Below, one piece after another: positions 16,325 through 24,021 of a stretch of DNA of 35,877 nucleotides. The notes beneath the pieces were generated by a model. The model was not told where the DNA came from. It saw only the letters and a program-made list of their open reading frames with translations, and did no database searches. The DNA comes from a virus: positions 1 through 35,877 of IMG/VR virus record IMGVR_UViG_3300045988_053149; one strand, given 5' to 3'. Numbering within the stretch: position 1 is the stretch's first letter; every line of letters starts with the position of its first letter. The translations under genes were made by a program, and so were the position numbers.

Positions 16325-17173
16325 CTACCTCCGTTTTCTGTATCTATCGCTGATAATCTTCGGCGTGCACGCGTTCCAGTTTACACGATGGTGCATTCGC
16401 CTGTGGTGCGCCCCCATCTCGGCCACCTTCACGGCCTGCGGCGAGAATATGACGCTATAGAACGACTTGACGTATGTGCCGCTATCGAGGTACATCTCGG
16501 ACATTCCACCAGCCTGCGATTGTGTTCCTTGCTGACAAATCTGCGTGTTGGTAATCGTGAGGAACAGCCCGCCCTTGTTCCCAAGGCTCGTGTACGTGTT
16601 GACGTCCTCGTTGACCCTACCGACGAACCAGAACCGCCTTGAGGTCTTGCAGAAAAAGGTGTTCATTGCCTTGCGAGAAAGACCCTTATGGAAGAAATTG
16701 TTCGCACCACCGATGAGGTCACCGCCCTGCGCAAGCGCGATGGAAAGCGCACCGCTCGAATCAAGGAACTCGATACAATCCTCGAACAGCCTATCGAGGT
16801 CTTTGCAATCGGTGTGCTTGAGCTGTGCACCAGAAATGTACCTGAACATGAACGCGGTGTAGTCATCGTCGAGTTCGAGGAAGTATTCTAAACCCAACTT
16901 CTCGGCGAGTTCGAAACAGACGTTGCGAGCGTAGACGATTGCTCGCCTGTCCTCCGATAGGTCTGCTGTGTCGAACTTCTTGGACTCTGCAAGTTTGTCG
17001 AACTGAATCACCTTGTCGCCGTACAGCTCTCGATACCTGTCTGCCGTGTCATCCTCGTTGTCAATGACGATATAGAGCTTGCCAGTGTAGTTCCCCATAT
17101 TCAGAGCACGGAGCGTCTTGATGTTGTCAGGCCTGCCGTGCGTGAGGATGAATACTTCAAAATCACTTCGCAT
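16325..17173 (-). CDS. Putative GT-A-fold nucleotide-sugar transferase, paralog 2 (282 aa)
   Basis: MRSDFEVFILTHGRPDN...KLYIVIDNEDD...YARNVCFELAEKLGLEYFLELDDDY shows alternating beta/alpha segments ending in a DxD-type DDD near residue 100. It is clearly paralogous to 17163..18005. Confidence 0.45.
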   Translation of the reverse strand: MRSDFEVFILTHGRPDNIKTLRALNMGNYTGKLYIVIDNEDDTADRYRELYGDKVIQFDKLAESKKFDTADLSEDRRAIVYARNVCFELAEKLGLEYFLELDDDYTAFMFRYISGAQLKHTDCKDLDRLFEDCIEFLDSSGALSIALAQGGDLIGGANNFFHKGLSRKAMNTFFCKTSRRFWFVGRVNEDVNTYTSLGNKGGLFLTITNTQICQQGTQSQAGGMSEMYLDSGTYVKSFYSVIFSPQAVKVAEMGAHHRRMHHRVNWNACTPKIISDRYRKRR

Positions 17174-18005
17174 TCTTGCGCCACCTCCCGCTGAGAATCT
17201 TCGGATACATGAGGGCCTTGCTCTTCCTCAGACTTGTGCCGTCCTTGCTGACGATGATTCTCAGGCTGCTCGGGTCGATTATCACGGAATAGAAGTCGCA
17301 CACGTACTGCTTGTTGTCATCGTACAAGCCGTGCAGTCCTCCTTCGTTCGTTCCGCGCTGCGGAGTGCTCTTCGTTATCGCGTAAGCTTCGAGCATGACC
17401 TGCCCAGCGTCCTTGCCCAGCAGAAGCGCGTTCATGTCCTCGTTGAGGATACCGACGAACTTGAGCCTGTCATCCGCGCGAACGACGAACGCCTGATTGA
17501 TGTTCCAGCACATGCCATTCCCATACACGCCTTGCAACCCGCCTATGAGCGCACCACTCGAAGCGATGTTGAGCGACGTGACTCCCGTAGTATCAAGGAA
17601 CCCCACCATTGACTCGAACAGCGCGTCGAAGTCGGTCACTGGTGCCGACATGAGCCTGCCGTCCCTGACGTACCTGAACGTGAACGAGCTGAGGTCATCG
17701 TCGAACATGGCGAAGTAGCTCAGGCCCAAATCGTCCGCGATGTCGTACGCGGCGTTCCTTGCGAACACGACGGAGCGAAGCTCGTCCTCGGTGGTCATGG
17801 TATCGACGCGCTTGGCGTACTCGCGTTTGTCGAACACGATTACGCTGTCGCCGTAAAGCCGTTCGTACTCATCCCTCTGCTCGTCGAGGTCATCTATTAC
17901 AAGGTAGACGTTGCCAGTGTATCCATGCTTCTCCAACTCGTGGAACGTCACTTGGTCGTGCGCCCTCCCGTGCGTGAGAATCAGCACGGCGAAGTCGCTA
18001 CGCAT
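17163..18005 (-). CDS. Putative GT-A-fold nucleotide-sugar transferase, paralog 1 (about 280 aa)
   Basis: MRSDFAVLILTHGRAHD...NVYLVIDDLDE...FARNAAYDIADDLGLSYFAMFDDDL has the same architecture as paralog 2. The ATG at 18005 overlaps the ParB-domain gene end. Confidence 0.45.
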   Translation of the reverse strand: MRSDFAVLILTHGRAHDQVTFHELEKHGYTGNVYLVIDDLDEQRDEYERLYGDSVIVFDKREYAKRVDTMTTEDELRSVVFARNAAYDIADDLGLSYFAMFDDDLSSFTFRYVRDGRLMSAPVTDFDALFESMVGFLDTTGVTSLNIASSGALIGGLQGVYGNGMCWNINQAFVVRADDRLKFVGILNEDMNALLLGKDAGQVMLEAYAITKSTPQRGTNEGGLHGLYDDNKQYVCDFYSVIIDPSSLRIIVSKDGTSLRKSKALMYPKILSGRWRKNAK

Positions 18006-18744
18006 CGTCTTCACCGCTCATGAAGTCGATGTCCTCGGTAAGCTTCGCGTATCCCTTGGCGATTGCATCATCAACGTCGATTATCACGAGCGCGGAGTCC
18101 TCCATAAGCTCCTGCATCTCGGGCGTCGCGTTAGCGTAGTATTCCGCGACCTTCTTGTAGTTGAATGCATAGTGTCTGGTTGCTGCCTTGATTAGAAACT
18201 CGCGCTCCTCGGGCGTGACGTTCGAATCCTGAATCCTCATGACAAGCTCGTTGGCCTTCGAATCGTCAACGAGTTCGTCAATGGAAGGGCACTCGCCGGT
18301 CGGCTCGTACTGCGGTATGTTCACCTTCTTGGTGTAGGTATCGTCCGCCTGCGGCTCGTCCTCTTCCAGCTCTTCGAAGTCGAAGCCGAAGTCGGTCATG
18401 TCGATATCGTCTATGCCCTCAAGCTCGATGCCAAGCTTCGCCATGTCCCACTGGGCAAGCTCGCCGGTCTTGTTGTCCGCGAGGCGGAACGCCTTCACCT
18501 GCTCGGGCGTCAAATCGTCCGCCACGATGACTGGCACCTGCTTGAGTCCGAGCTTGTGAGCGGCCTTGAGCCGAGTATGCCCGTTGATAATGACGTTCTC
18601 GCCGTCTACGACGATTGGAACCTTGAAACCGAACTCCTTGATGCTCGCCGCGACCGCATCCACCGCATTGTCGTTCAATCGCGGGTTGTTCGCGTACGGA
18701 ATGAGCGAATCAACGTCCATGTAGGTGACTTTTGTCTTGTCCAT
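17998..18744 (-). CDS. ParB/Srx N-terminal-domain protein (ParB-like nuclease domain, 248 aa) without a methyltransferase or canonical ParB HTH
   Basis: VDSLIPYANNPRLNDNAVDAVAASIKEFGFKVPIVVDGENVIINGHTRLKAAHKLGL contains the GxxRxxA box. It is followed by LTPEQVKAFRLADNK, as in phage ParB-methylase fusions. RBS is GAAAGGAG. Confidence 0.75.
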   Translation of the reverse strand: MDKTKVTYMDVDSLIPYANNPRLNDNAVDAVAASIKEFGFKVPIVVDGENVIINGHTRLKAAHKLGLKQVPVIVADDLTPEQVKAFRLADNKTGELAQWDMAKLGIELEGIDDIDMTDFGFDFEELEEDEPQADDTYTKKVNIPQYEPTGECPSIDELVDDSKANELVMRIQDSNVTPEEREFLIKAATRHYAFNYKKVAEYYANATPEMQELMEDSALVIIDVDDAIAKGYAKLTEDIDFMSGEDDA

Positions 18745-18973
18745 GCTTGAAAATCTCCTTTCTCAATACGTTCGAAGGCTCTATGGGGAAACTCTCGAAA
18801 GAATCCCCGATAATCGCCCTTATTGAATGATAATCGCAGTTTTAAGCCCAAAAACCGCCGTTTTCCAAAAAAGCCCAGCAGATAAAAGATTTAGTGTCCA
18901 GAGGGGGGCAGTCAGATAGCCCGCCCGTTCGGACGCTCCGACCCCATGGCAGGGGGGATTGTCTTTCAACAGG

Positions 18974-19366
18974 TTACCCTTCCGCATCTCGGCACGCAGC
19001 TCGCCTCTTCGCAGCCAGCCCACGTAGGTATGCTTTGCCAAGCTCGCCATCATCCGCCATCCTGTGGTGCATCCTACATAGGCACACGAGGTTATCGTCC
19101 TCTATCAACCCGTCCGGGTCTTCCCTCAGCTTCTCGATATGGTGAACCTCCAACCCATCGGTCGTTGCCTTCCCTTGGTCTCGGCATACCTCGCACATCC
19201 AGTGCGCATCGTCTCGCACCTGTAGGCTCTTCCTCTTCCACCTTGAGGTGAAGCGCAGCCTGTCCGCTCCCGTCCTCTCGTACCTGTATGTCGGCCTCTT
19301 CCTCGGGCACGGCTGGTCGTATGGGTGCATCTTCCCGCAGCGCGGGCACGCCCTGTATGCTCCCAT
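18974..19366 (-). CDS. HNH endonuclease (terminase-associated, about 130 aa)
   Basis: CEVCRDQG...LEVHHIEKLREDPDGLIEDDNLVCLCRMHH. The ATG at 19366 follows GGGAGGA. HNH with P27 TerS and HK97-type head genes is the usual cos-packaging set. Confidence 0.85.
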   Translation of the reverse strand: MGAYRACPRCGKMHPYDQPCPRKRPTYRYERTGADRLRFTSRWKRKSLQVRDDAHWMCEVCRDQGKATTDGLEVHHIEKLREDPDGLIEDDNLVCLCRMHHRMADDGELGKAYLRGLAAKRRAACRDAEG

Positions 19367-19447
19367 GTGCGTCCTCCCTTCAACCGGCAACGGGCCTCGC
19401 CGACTAGACGAGACCCGCTTCGTGGTCTTGCTCAGTTGTCTTGCTGC

Positions 19448-20413
19448 CTACACCTTCAGTGCGCCGCTTGCATCAGAACCCACGCCATACTGCATCTCGC
19501 CGTCCGCGCCGAAGGCATACCACTTTCCGCCGATGCTCTCGACATCAGCCGCGTGCATCGCTCCCGTTTCCGGGTCCATGTAGTACCACTTGCCTCCATC
19601 TTGCACCCAGCCGGTGGCCATCGCGCCGGAATCGGTGAGGTAGTACCACTTGCCGCCGACCTGCTGCCATCCGGTCAGCATCCAGCCGTCAGCATCGAAG
19701 AGGTACCATTTGCCATCAATATGCTCCCATCCGCTCTTGGTATACGAGCCGTCTGCATGCCTGTACCACCAGCGGCCATCCTGCTTAATCCAGCCGGTCT
19801 GCTTGGCGCTGGCCGTTCCGACGTACCTCGCCCATCCATCGGCGTCCATGTAAGCCTTGTCTAGGTCTAGGTTGCCATTGTATCCCGCAAGCCTTCCGGT
19901 TGAACTGTACTGCCTGATAGCACAGTTATACGCGCCCTCGTTCCAAGGGCTGTCTTGGTATCCGGTGGGCTTTTTGTTCGCATACTGTGCGACCCATGCG
20001 CCGCAATTGAGAGCCTGCGCGACGTCCCACGGGAATGAGCCTGCGGGCGCGTAGATGAGCGGATTGACTCCCGTGCGGTCGATGACTCGCTGGACAAGCT
20101 GCTTGAGGTAGCCGGTGTTGCCCCACGCGGCGTTCTCCGCGCTCTCCCAGTCGATGCACGGGATGCCCTTGCCGAAGTATCCTGCGCAATGGTCGATGAA
20201 GAAGTCGGCTTCTGCCTGTGCTCCGCTGCCGTCCACGTAATGGTAGAAGCCGAACGGCTTGCCGAGGGCAATGGCCTGCTGAACCTGCGCGTCGCAGGCG
20301 TCAGAGACGAAATTCACGCCCTGCGTCGCCTTTACGATTACGAAATCACATGGAACCTTCGAGAGGTCGATTCCCGCCTGCCATCCGCTGATGTCGATTC
20401 CCTGCATTGCCAT
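19448..20413 (-). CDS. Endolysin: GH25 muramidase + C-terminal choline-binding-type (CW_binding_1) repeats (321 aa)
   Basis: GIDISGWQAGIDLSKVPCDFVIVKATQGVNFVSD...FGFYHY is a GH25 signature. The C-terminus has about 5-6 repeats of the GW..DGGKWYY...G.M.TGW type. Confidence 0.9.
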   Translation of the reverse strand: MAMQGIDISGWQAGIDLSKVPCDFVIVKATQGVNFVSDACDAQVQQAIALGKPFGFYHYVDGSGAQAEADFFIDHCAGYFGKGIPCIDWESAENAAWGNTGYLKQLVQRVIDRTGVNPLIYAPAGSFPWDVAQALNCGAWVAQYANKKPTGYQDSPWNEGAYNCAIRQYSSTGRLAGYNGNLDLDKAYMDADGWARYVGTASAKQTGWIKQDGRWWYRHADGSYTKSGWEHIDGKWYLFDADGWMLTGWQQVGGKWYYLTDSGAMATGWVQDGGKWYYMDPETGAMHAADVESIGGKWYAFGADGEMQYGVGSDASGALKV

Positions 20414-20415
20414 GT

Positions 20416-20649
20416 CTACTCGCTCCTTTCAGATACCTGCTTCGATGTTGCCGCGCTGACTCCAATCAGGGCACCGATAAGAACCCCTGTCGCGTTGAGC
20501 GTGAGCACGATTGCATCGACGTTCGGGATGCCCCACGCCGGGAAGACCGCGCCCACGAAAGTCGCGACTGCCGGGCATGCGATAAGCCCGAGCCATTTCA
20601 GCACGTGATACAGTTTGTCATTGATGATGTACTCTTTCATTCTTTCCAC
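20416..20649 (-). CDS. Holin (phage_holin_1 / phi LC3-like, 77 aa)
   Basis: DKLYHVLKWLGLIACPAVATFVGAVFPAWGIPNVDAIVLTLNATGVLIGALIGVS shows two transmembrane segments. It lies directly upstream of the lysin. Confidence 0.75.
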   Translation of the reverse strand: MERMKEYIINDKLYHVLKWLGLIACPAVATFVGAVFPAWGIPNVDAIVLTLNATGVLIGALIGVSAATSKQVSERSE

Positions 20650-20653
20650 CTTC

Positions 20654-21046
20654 CTAATCGTCCTTTGTCGGCAACGCCATCATCTCGTCGTGGAGGTTCG
20701 TGGCGATGCCGTTGCCGCCTAGCCTGTGGTAGCTTTGATAGGTGCGCTCCATGACTTCCTTGTCCACGGTCGAGGCGTGGCCGTCGCGCACGGCATGATG
20801 ATGCGTCCGCATGAGCTCGCTTCTCAGCAGCGCCCGCAAGGCCGATTTGAAAAGCTCGTTCTCCTCTTCGGCCTTCTCCTTCTCGACGCGCCTGTTCGAC
20901 AGCGTTACGCCAAAGAGAGCGACAACTGCCGCCCCCGAGTAAATTGCGAACTGCGAATCGAGTCCCGGCTTCGACACGAGCGTAGCGGTCGCTGCCAGCG
21001 CAGACGGGATGCACACCCACAGAAGCTTTTCCCAAAATCCCTGCAA
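20654..21046 (-). CDS. Membrane protein of the lysis cassette (130 aa, TTG start; function unknown)
   Basis: Two N-terminal hydrophobic segments, then a charged helix and YHRLGGNGIATNLHDEMMALP. TTG is the first start codon after the in-frame upstream stop. Confidence 0.45.
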   Translation of the reverse strand: MQGFWEKLLWVCIPSALAATATLVSKPGLDSQFAIYSGAAVVALFGVTLSNRRVEKEKAEEENELFKSALRALLRSELMRTHHHAVRDGHASTVDKEVMERTYQSYHRLGGNGIATNLHDEMMALPTKDD

Positions 21047-21167
21047 TGCCGCTCTTTTCCGATTGGTTTTTTACACTCCCTTTATTATACGGCACGCTGA
21101 GCGGGAATTGCGGGAACGATGAAAAGTCCCCAACAATGGGGCCTTCATGCTGCATCTCTTTCTGCTT

Positions 21168-21386
21168 TTACAGCTCTTCTGCCTTGAGGAACTTGACTCC
21201 GAGGTAATCAAGGTCGTAGTTGTCTGCGGTCTCCCTATCGAGCTTGCTGATGTAGTAGACGAAGTTGTGGTACCTGTAGTCATCTGCTGTTCCGCCTTCC
21301 GCCACGCATACGAACCCATCCTTTGGCTGGCAACCAATGTCGTAGGGGCGCAGGCGCATTCCGTACTTGTAAGCTTGGATTTCCAT
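21168..21386 (-). CDS. Hypothetical protein (72 aa)
   Basis: The ATG follows AGAGAAAGGAA. MEIQAYKYGMRLRPYDIGCQPKDGF... It is the first gene after the strong terminator at 21475-21507. Confidence 0.55.
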   Translation of the reverse strand: MEIQAYKYGMRLRPYDIGCQPKDGFVCVAEGGTADDYRYHNFVYYISKLDRETADNYDLDYLGVKFLKAEEL

Positions 21387-21474
21387 TTTATGGTTTCCTT
21401 TCTCTCTTCCTCACTTGCTGATACTAGTATACACATATAACGACCTTATGCAGGCGCACCTCGGAAGTTTTCTC

Positions 21475-21507
21475 AAAATAAAAAACGGGAACCCTCTCGG
21501 ATTCCCG
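21475..21507 (-). terminator. Rho-independent terminator (minus strand) separating early/accessory genes from the lysis-packaging-structural genes
   Basis: Minus strand has CGGGAATCC-gaga-GGGTTCCCG followed by TTTTTATTTTG. Confidence 0.8.
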
Positions 21508-21514
21508 TCAGTTC

Positions 21515-21688
21515 CTATTTTTCCAAATCGGCGCGTATCAGCGCTTTGATGTAACCCTGCTTGCTGGGCACGCTGTCGAGCTTTTCCAGAACGTCCTCGT
21601 CGGTGCGGCAGTTCAGCTTCAGGTGAACCTGCCGCGTGTTCTCCGCGTCGTACTTCTTCTGTGCCTTGATTTGCGCTTCAGTTGCCAT
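21515..21688 (-). CDS. Small ribbon-helix-helix-like protein (57 aa)
   Basis: The ATG at 21688 sits 5 nt after GGAGGTGA. MATEAQIKAQKKYDAENTRQVHLKLNCRTDEDVLEKLDSVPSKQGYIKALIRADLEK resembles Arc/CopG-type small regulators. Confidence 0.45.
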   Translation of the reverse strand: MATEAQIKAQKKYDAENTRQVHLKLNCRTDEDVLEKLDSVPSKQGYIKALIRADLEK

Positions 21689-21740
21689 GCGCGTCACCTC
21701 CGGTTGTCGGTTAAGTCTTTCGGCAGGTCGGTGTCCCTCA

Positions 21741-22100
21741 TCATTGCTGCACCATCTCCAGCATGTCGTTAATCATTGCCACTTGCGGAACGGCCAGATG
21801 CACAACGGCGTCCACGGCGAAGCACCCGAAGATTACGAGCGCCACCAATCCGAATGCGGTGAGCGTGACCACGACGCAGGGCTTGTCGTAGCCAAACGCC
21901 TCGTCGCCCTCCGCCTTCAAGGCCTTCCACAGAACGAAGGCGATTGTCGCGAGGATTATGCCCATCAGCAACACCCCCGCCAAGTCCTGAATGGCTTTGA
22001 ACATCCCCCACTGCGGGGCGAAGTCAACGAGGTGCTCGGCAAGGTAGTTCGCCCCCACTCCCAGCTGCTTCGCGATTTCCTTGATTGCGTCCTGATTCAT
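21741..22100 (-). CDS. Membrane protein (119 aa, 2-3 transmembrane segments)
   Basis: The ATG at 22100 follows GGGAAGAA. Hydrophobic segments are LAGVLLMGIILATIAFVLW and VVVTLTAFGLVALVIFGCFAV. Confidence 0.55.
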   Translation of the reverse strand: MNQDAIKEIAKQLGVGANYLAEHLVDFAPQWGMFKAIQDLAGVLLMGIILATIAFVLWKALKAEGDEAFGYDKPCVVVTLTAFGLVALVIFGCFAVDAVVHLAVPQVAMINDMLEMVQQ

Positions 22101-22252
22101 CAGTTCTTCCCTTCGATTAGGTCTACCAGCCTCTGCCACATTCCCGGCCCCGAGCTGTCTAGGTTGCAGAGCGCGTCGTCGTTGCCGAACAGCGCCCTGC
22201 TCGCCCTGATGCATCCGAGGCAGTTGCCTTCAGCCCTTCAATCGAATCTAGC

Positions 22253-22510
22253 TCATTCACGGTCGAACATCCCTTCCCAGTCGTCGCATGTCTCGTTCCA
22301 TTGCCGTATGACATCTAGAGTCAGCTGCAGGTCGCTCGGGCGACACGCCTTGGCGAGCGGCCCGGTGAGTACATAGTCGTGTTGTGCGTAGATGTTGCAC
22401 TCCTTGCAGACGACTATCGCTGACAGGGTACGGTTCAGGTAGTCCTCGTTTATCCCGATGCGCAGGTGCTCGGTCGAATGGCACTTCGGACACGGCTTCA
22501 TGGTCGTCAT
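22253..22510 (-). CDS. Lar-family restriction-alleviation-like zinc-ribbon protein (85 aa)
   Basis: MKPCPKCHS...VVCKECNIYAQ...VIRQWNE shows two CxxC pairs and a terminal WN motif, as in Lar-family proteins. Confidence 0.5.
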   Translation of the reverse strand: MTTMKPCPKCHSTEHLRIGINEDYLNRTLSAIVVCKECNIYAQHDYVLTGPLAKACRPSDLQLTLDVIRQWNETCDDWEGMFDRE

Positions 22511-22884
22511 TCGCTCTCACCCCTCAGCTTGCGGATGCGGGATGCGATGTTTTTGAGTATCGTTTTCTGGCATTCGGAGCATGGTTTTCCGCACATTGCC
22601 TCTGGGCACTCTTCGAGATAGCCGCATATGTCCGTATCTTTGTCTAAGTCTTTCAGTAGCTTCTCCCAGCTGTCGGGCTTGGTGAGGTGCATCTGTTCTG
22701 GTTTGGCAGTTTTACAGTCGTCTACGACCATATACCAGCTGTTCATCCACTTGTCGCCTAAATCGAAGTCGTTCGTGTAGATGAATCGGCGGACACTGTG
22801 AACGTTGCCGCCATCGTCGTACATCGCAACTGTATCCAGCGGAATCTATCGACCTTCGGCATCCTTCGGCAATTCGATTTCCAT
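22507..22884 (-). pseudogene. Cys-rich hypothetical gene interrupted by an in-frame amber codon at codon 13 (TAG at 22846-22848)
   Basis: The ATG at 22884 follows GAAAGGAA. MEIELPKDAEGR*IPLDTVAMYDDGGNVHSV... The track ORF starts only at the internal ATG 22824, which lacks an SD. Confidence 0.6.
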
Positions 22885-22910
22885 TTGTATTCCTTTCTGT
22901 CGCTGCGTGG

Positions 22911-23276
22911 CTATTCGCCGCTTTCCTCTGGCTGATGGGTGCGGTTGAGTACCTTTCGCCTGATTTTCGCCGGGTCGTGGCGATAGGCAGGCTCGACCTC
23001 CTTGCGAATCACTGTCGCGCAATACATGATGCCGTATGCCCTCGCCTGGTCATCGTAGGTCTTGACTCCCTCGTCCACTAGGTGGAAAAGCTCATCCGCT
23101 TTGGCTAGCGCCGTCTCCCACGCGCGGCAGCGCTCGCGGTAGAGCTTCATGCGTCCGCGCGTCTTGGATAGCTTCGATTCAAGCCCCAGGCAGTGGCGCT
23201 CTAGGCTCGCGTACCGACGCTTTAGGTCGGCTAGCTCATCGGCGTAGCTCAGGGCCAGCGTTTGATAGTCCTGCAT
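22911..23276 (-). CDS. Hypothetical coiled-coil protein (121 aa)
   Basis: ORF track entry, with ATG after GAGGTGGATGA. Confidence 0.55.
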   Translation of the reverse strand: MQDYQTLALSYADELADLKRRYASLERHCLGLESKLSKTRGRMKLYRERCRAWETALAKADELFHLVDEGVKTYDDQARAYGIMYCATVIRKEVEPAYRHDPAKIRRKVLNRTHQPEESGE

Positions 23277-23293
23277 CACTCATCCACCTCGCA

Positions 23294-23485
23294 TCACTCT
23301 TCATCGGTAATGTCGATAAGGTCTGCAATAGCATTGAAGGTCTCTTTCGGGTCTGCGAAATCGACCTCACCCGTCACGGTATCTTGCAACCGCTGCCACC
23401 ATTCGGATAATGAGCCGTCGCAATACGCAGCTTGCTTGCGCAGCTCTGCCGCCACCTCGCAGCGCTCTTCGCTAGTGAATGTCAT
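23294..23485 (-). CDS. Hypothetical acidic protein (63 aa)
   Basis: The ATG at 23485 overlaps the upstream gene end. MTFTSEERCEVAAELRKQAAYCDGSLSEWW... Confidence 0.5.
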   Translation of the reverse strand: MTFTSEERCEVAAELRKQAAYCDGSLSEWWQRLQDTVTGEVDFADPKETFNAIADLIDITDEE

Positions 23486-23801
23486 CAAAACCAGCTCCAA
23501 ACATACAGTCGTAGTCGCACTTCCAAGTCTCTCCGTCGCGGCTCATGGTCGCACCGTACCTCGGAGTACCGCCGTTATCGTCGCCCCAGAAGTGGAAGTG
23601 CCATCCCAAGAAGTCGAACTCCTCGTCGTACTTGTCGGCGGCGTACCTCGTGTCGCCGTACTCCTCGTAATCGTCCCACCCGAACTTGCGGGAAAGGTCA
23701 TCGAACGTGTATATGGTCGGCTTGTCCTCGCCGTCCTCCCACTCGTAGACCTCCGGCCATCCCTGCTTGTAGCACCCGACGCGGACATTGCCGTCGCCCA
23801 T
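23472..23801 (-). CDS. Hypothetical protein (109 aa), in the same frame as 23835..23981 across a single TGA
   Basis: MGDGNVRVGCYKQGWPEVYEWEDG... GGAG lies only 2 nt before the ATG, which is poor spacing. Confidence 0.5.
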   Translation of the reverse strand: MGDGNVRVGCYKQGWPEVYEWEDGEDKPTIYTFDDLSRKFGWDDYEEYGDTRYAADKYDEEFDFLGWHFHFWGDDNGGTPRYGATMSRDGETWKCDYDCMFGAGFDDIH

Positions 23802-23834
23802 GACTCCATGGTGCGAGAACTCGAACCACTCGAA

Positions 23835-23981
23835 TCAGTCACTATGCTTAATGATGTTCGCGTACACGCGGAGTCCAGAAGGCAAGGAAGCCTCGTCTCT
23901 GTCGTATACTCCTACGTCCTCCTTATCGGTTCTGCGCTCGCCGTTGAGGTACACGAACGCGCCGTAGTCGCTGTATGCCAT
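23835..23981 (-). CDS. Hypothetical protein (48 aa) ending in a TGA that is in frame with the next ORF
   Basis: The ATG at 23981 follows GGAGACGGAGG. MAYSDYGAFVYLNGERRTDKEDVGVYDRDEASLPSGLRVYANIIKHSD*. Confidence 0.5.
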   Translation of the reverse strand: MAYSDYGAFVYLNGERRTDKEDVGVYDRDEASLPSGLRVYANIIKHSD

Positions 23982-24021
23982 AGCTAGACCTCCGTCTCCG
24001 CCAGAATGCCGTCGTTCCTCT

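Noticed and set aside
18745-18973. tRNA or other small RNA genes in the larger intergenic regions (18745-18973, 21387-21514, 30594-30814).
   Set aside because: No cloverleaf-compatible arms or T-loop consensus (GTTCRANYC) could be found by eye. These regions are better explained by promoters, operators and packaging signals.
18820-19053. 77-aa minus-strand ORF spanning the HNH 3' end and the intergenic region.
   Set aside because: It overlaps the well-supported HNH gene out of frame, has no SD, and its sequence is not protein-like.
20637-21436. Alternative-frame ORFs 20637..21155 (172 aa) and 21071..21436 (121 aa).
   Set aside because: They overlap the better-supported 130-aa membrane protein and 72-aa genes. 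Their compositions are Arg/Gly/Ser-rich and junk-like, and they have no ribosome-binding sites.
22101-22252. A 150-nt stretch after the Lar-like gene. The Lar frame stays open for 45 codons after two TGA codons and ends in a TGATG overlap with the next gene. Alternatively, it is a 38-codon N-terminal extension of the membrane protein (track ORF 21741..22214).
   Set aside because: There is no usable start codon with an SD in either frame. The only ATG in the Lar frame is 13 codons from the end. The extension is Arg/Gln-rich low complexity. It is probably a decayed gene remnant or untranslated spacer, and in GC-rich DNA an open frame of this length is not significant.
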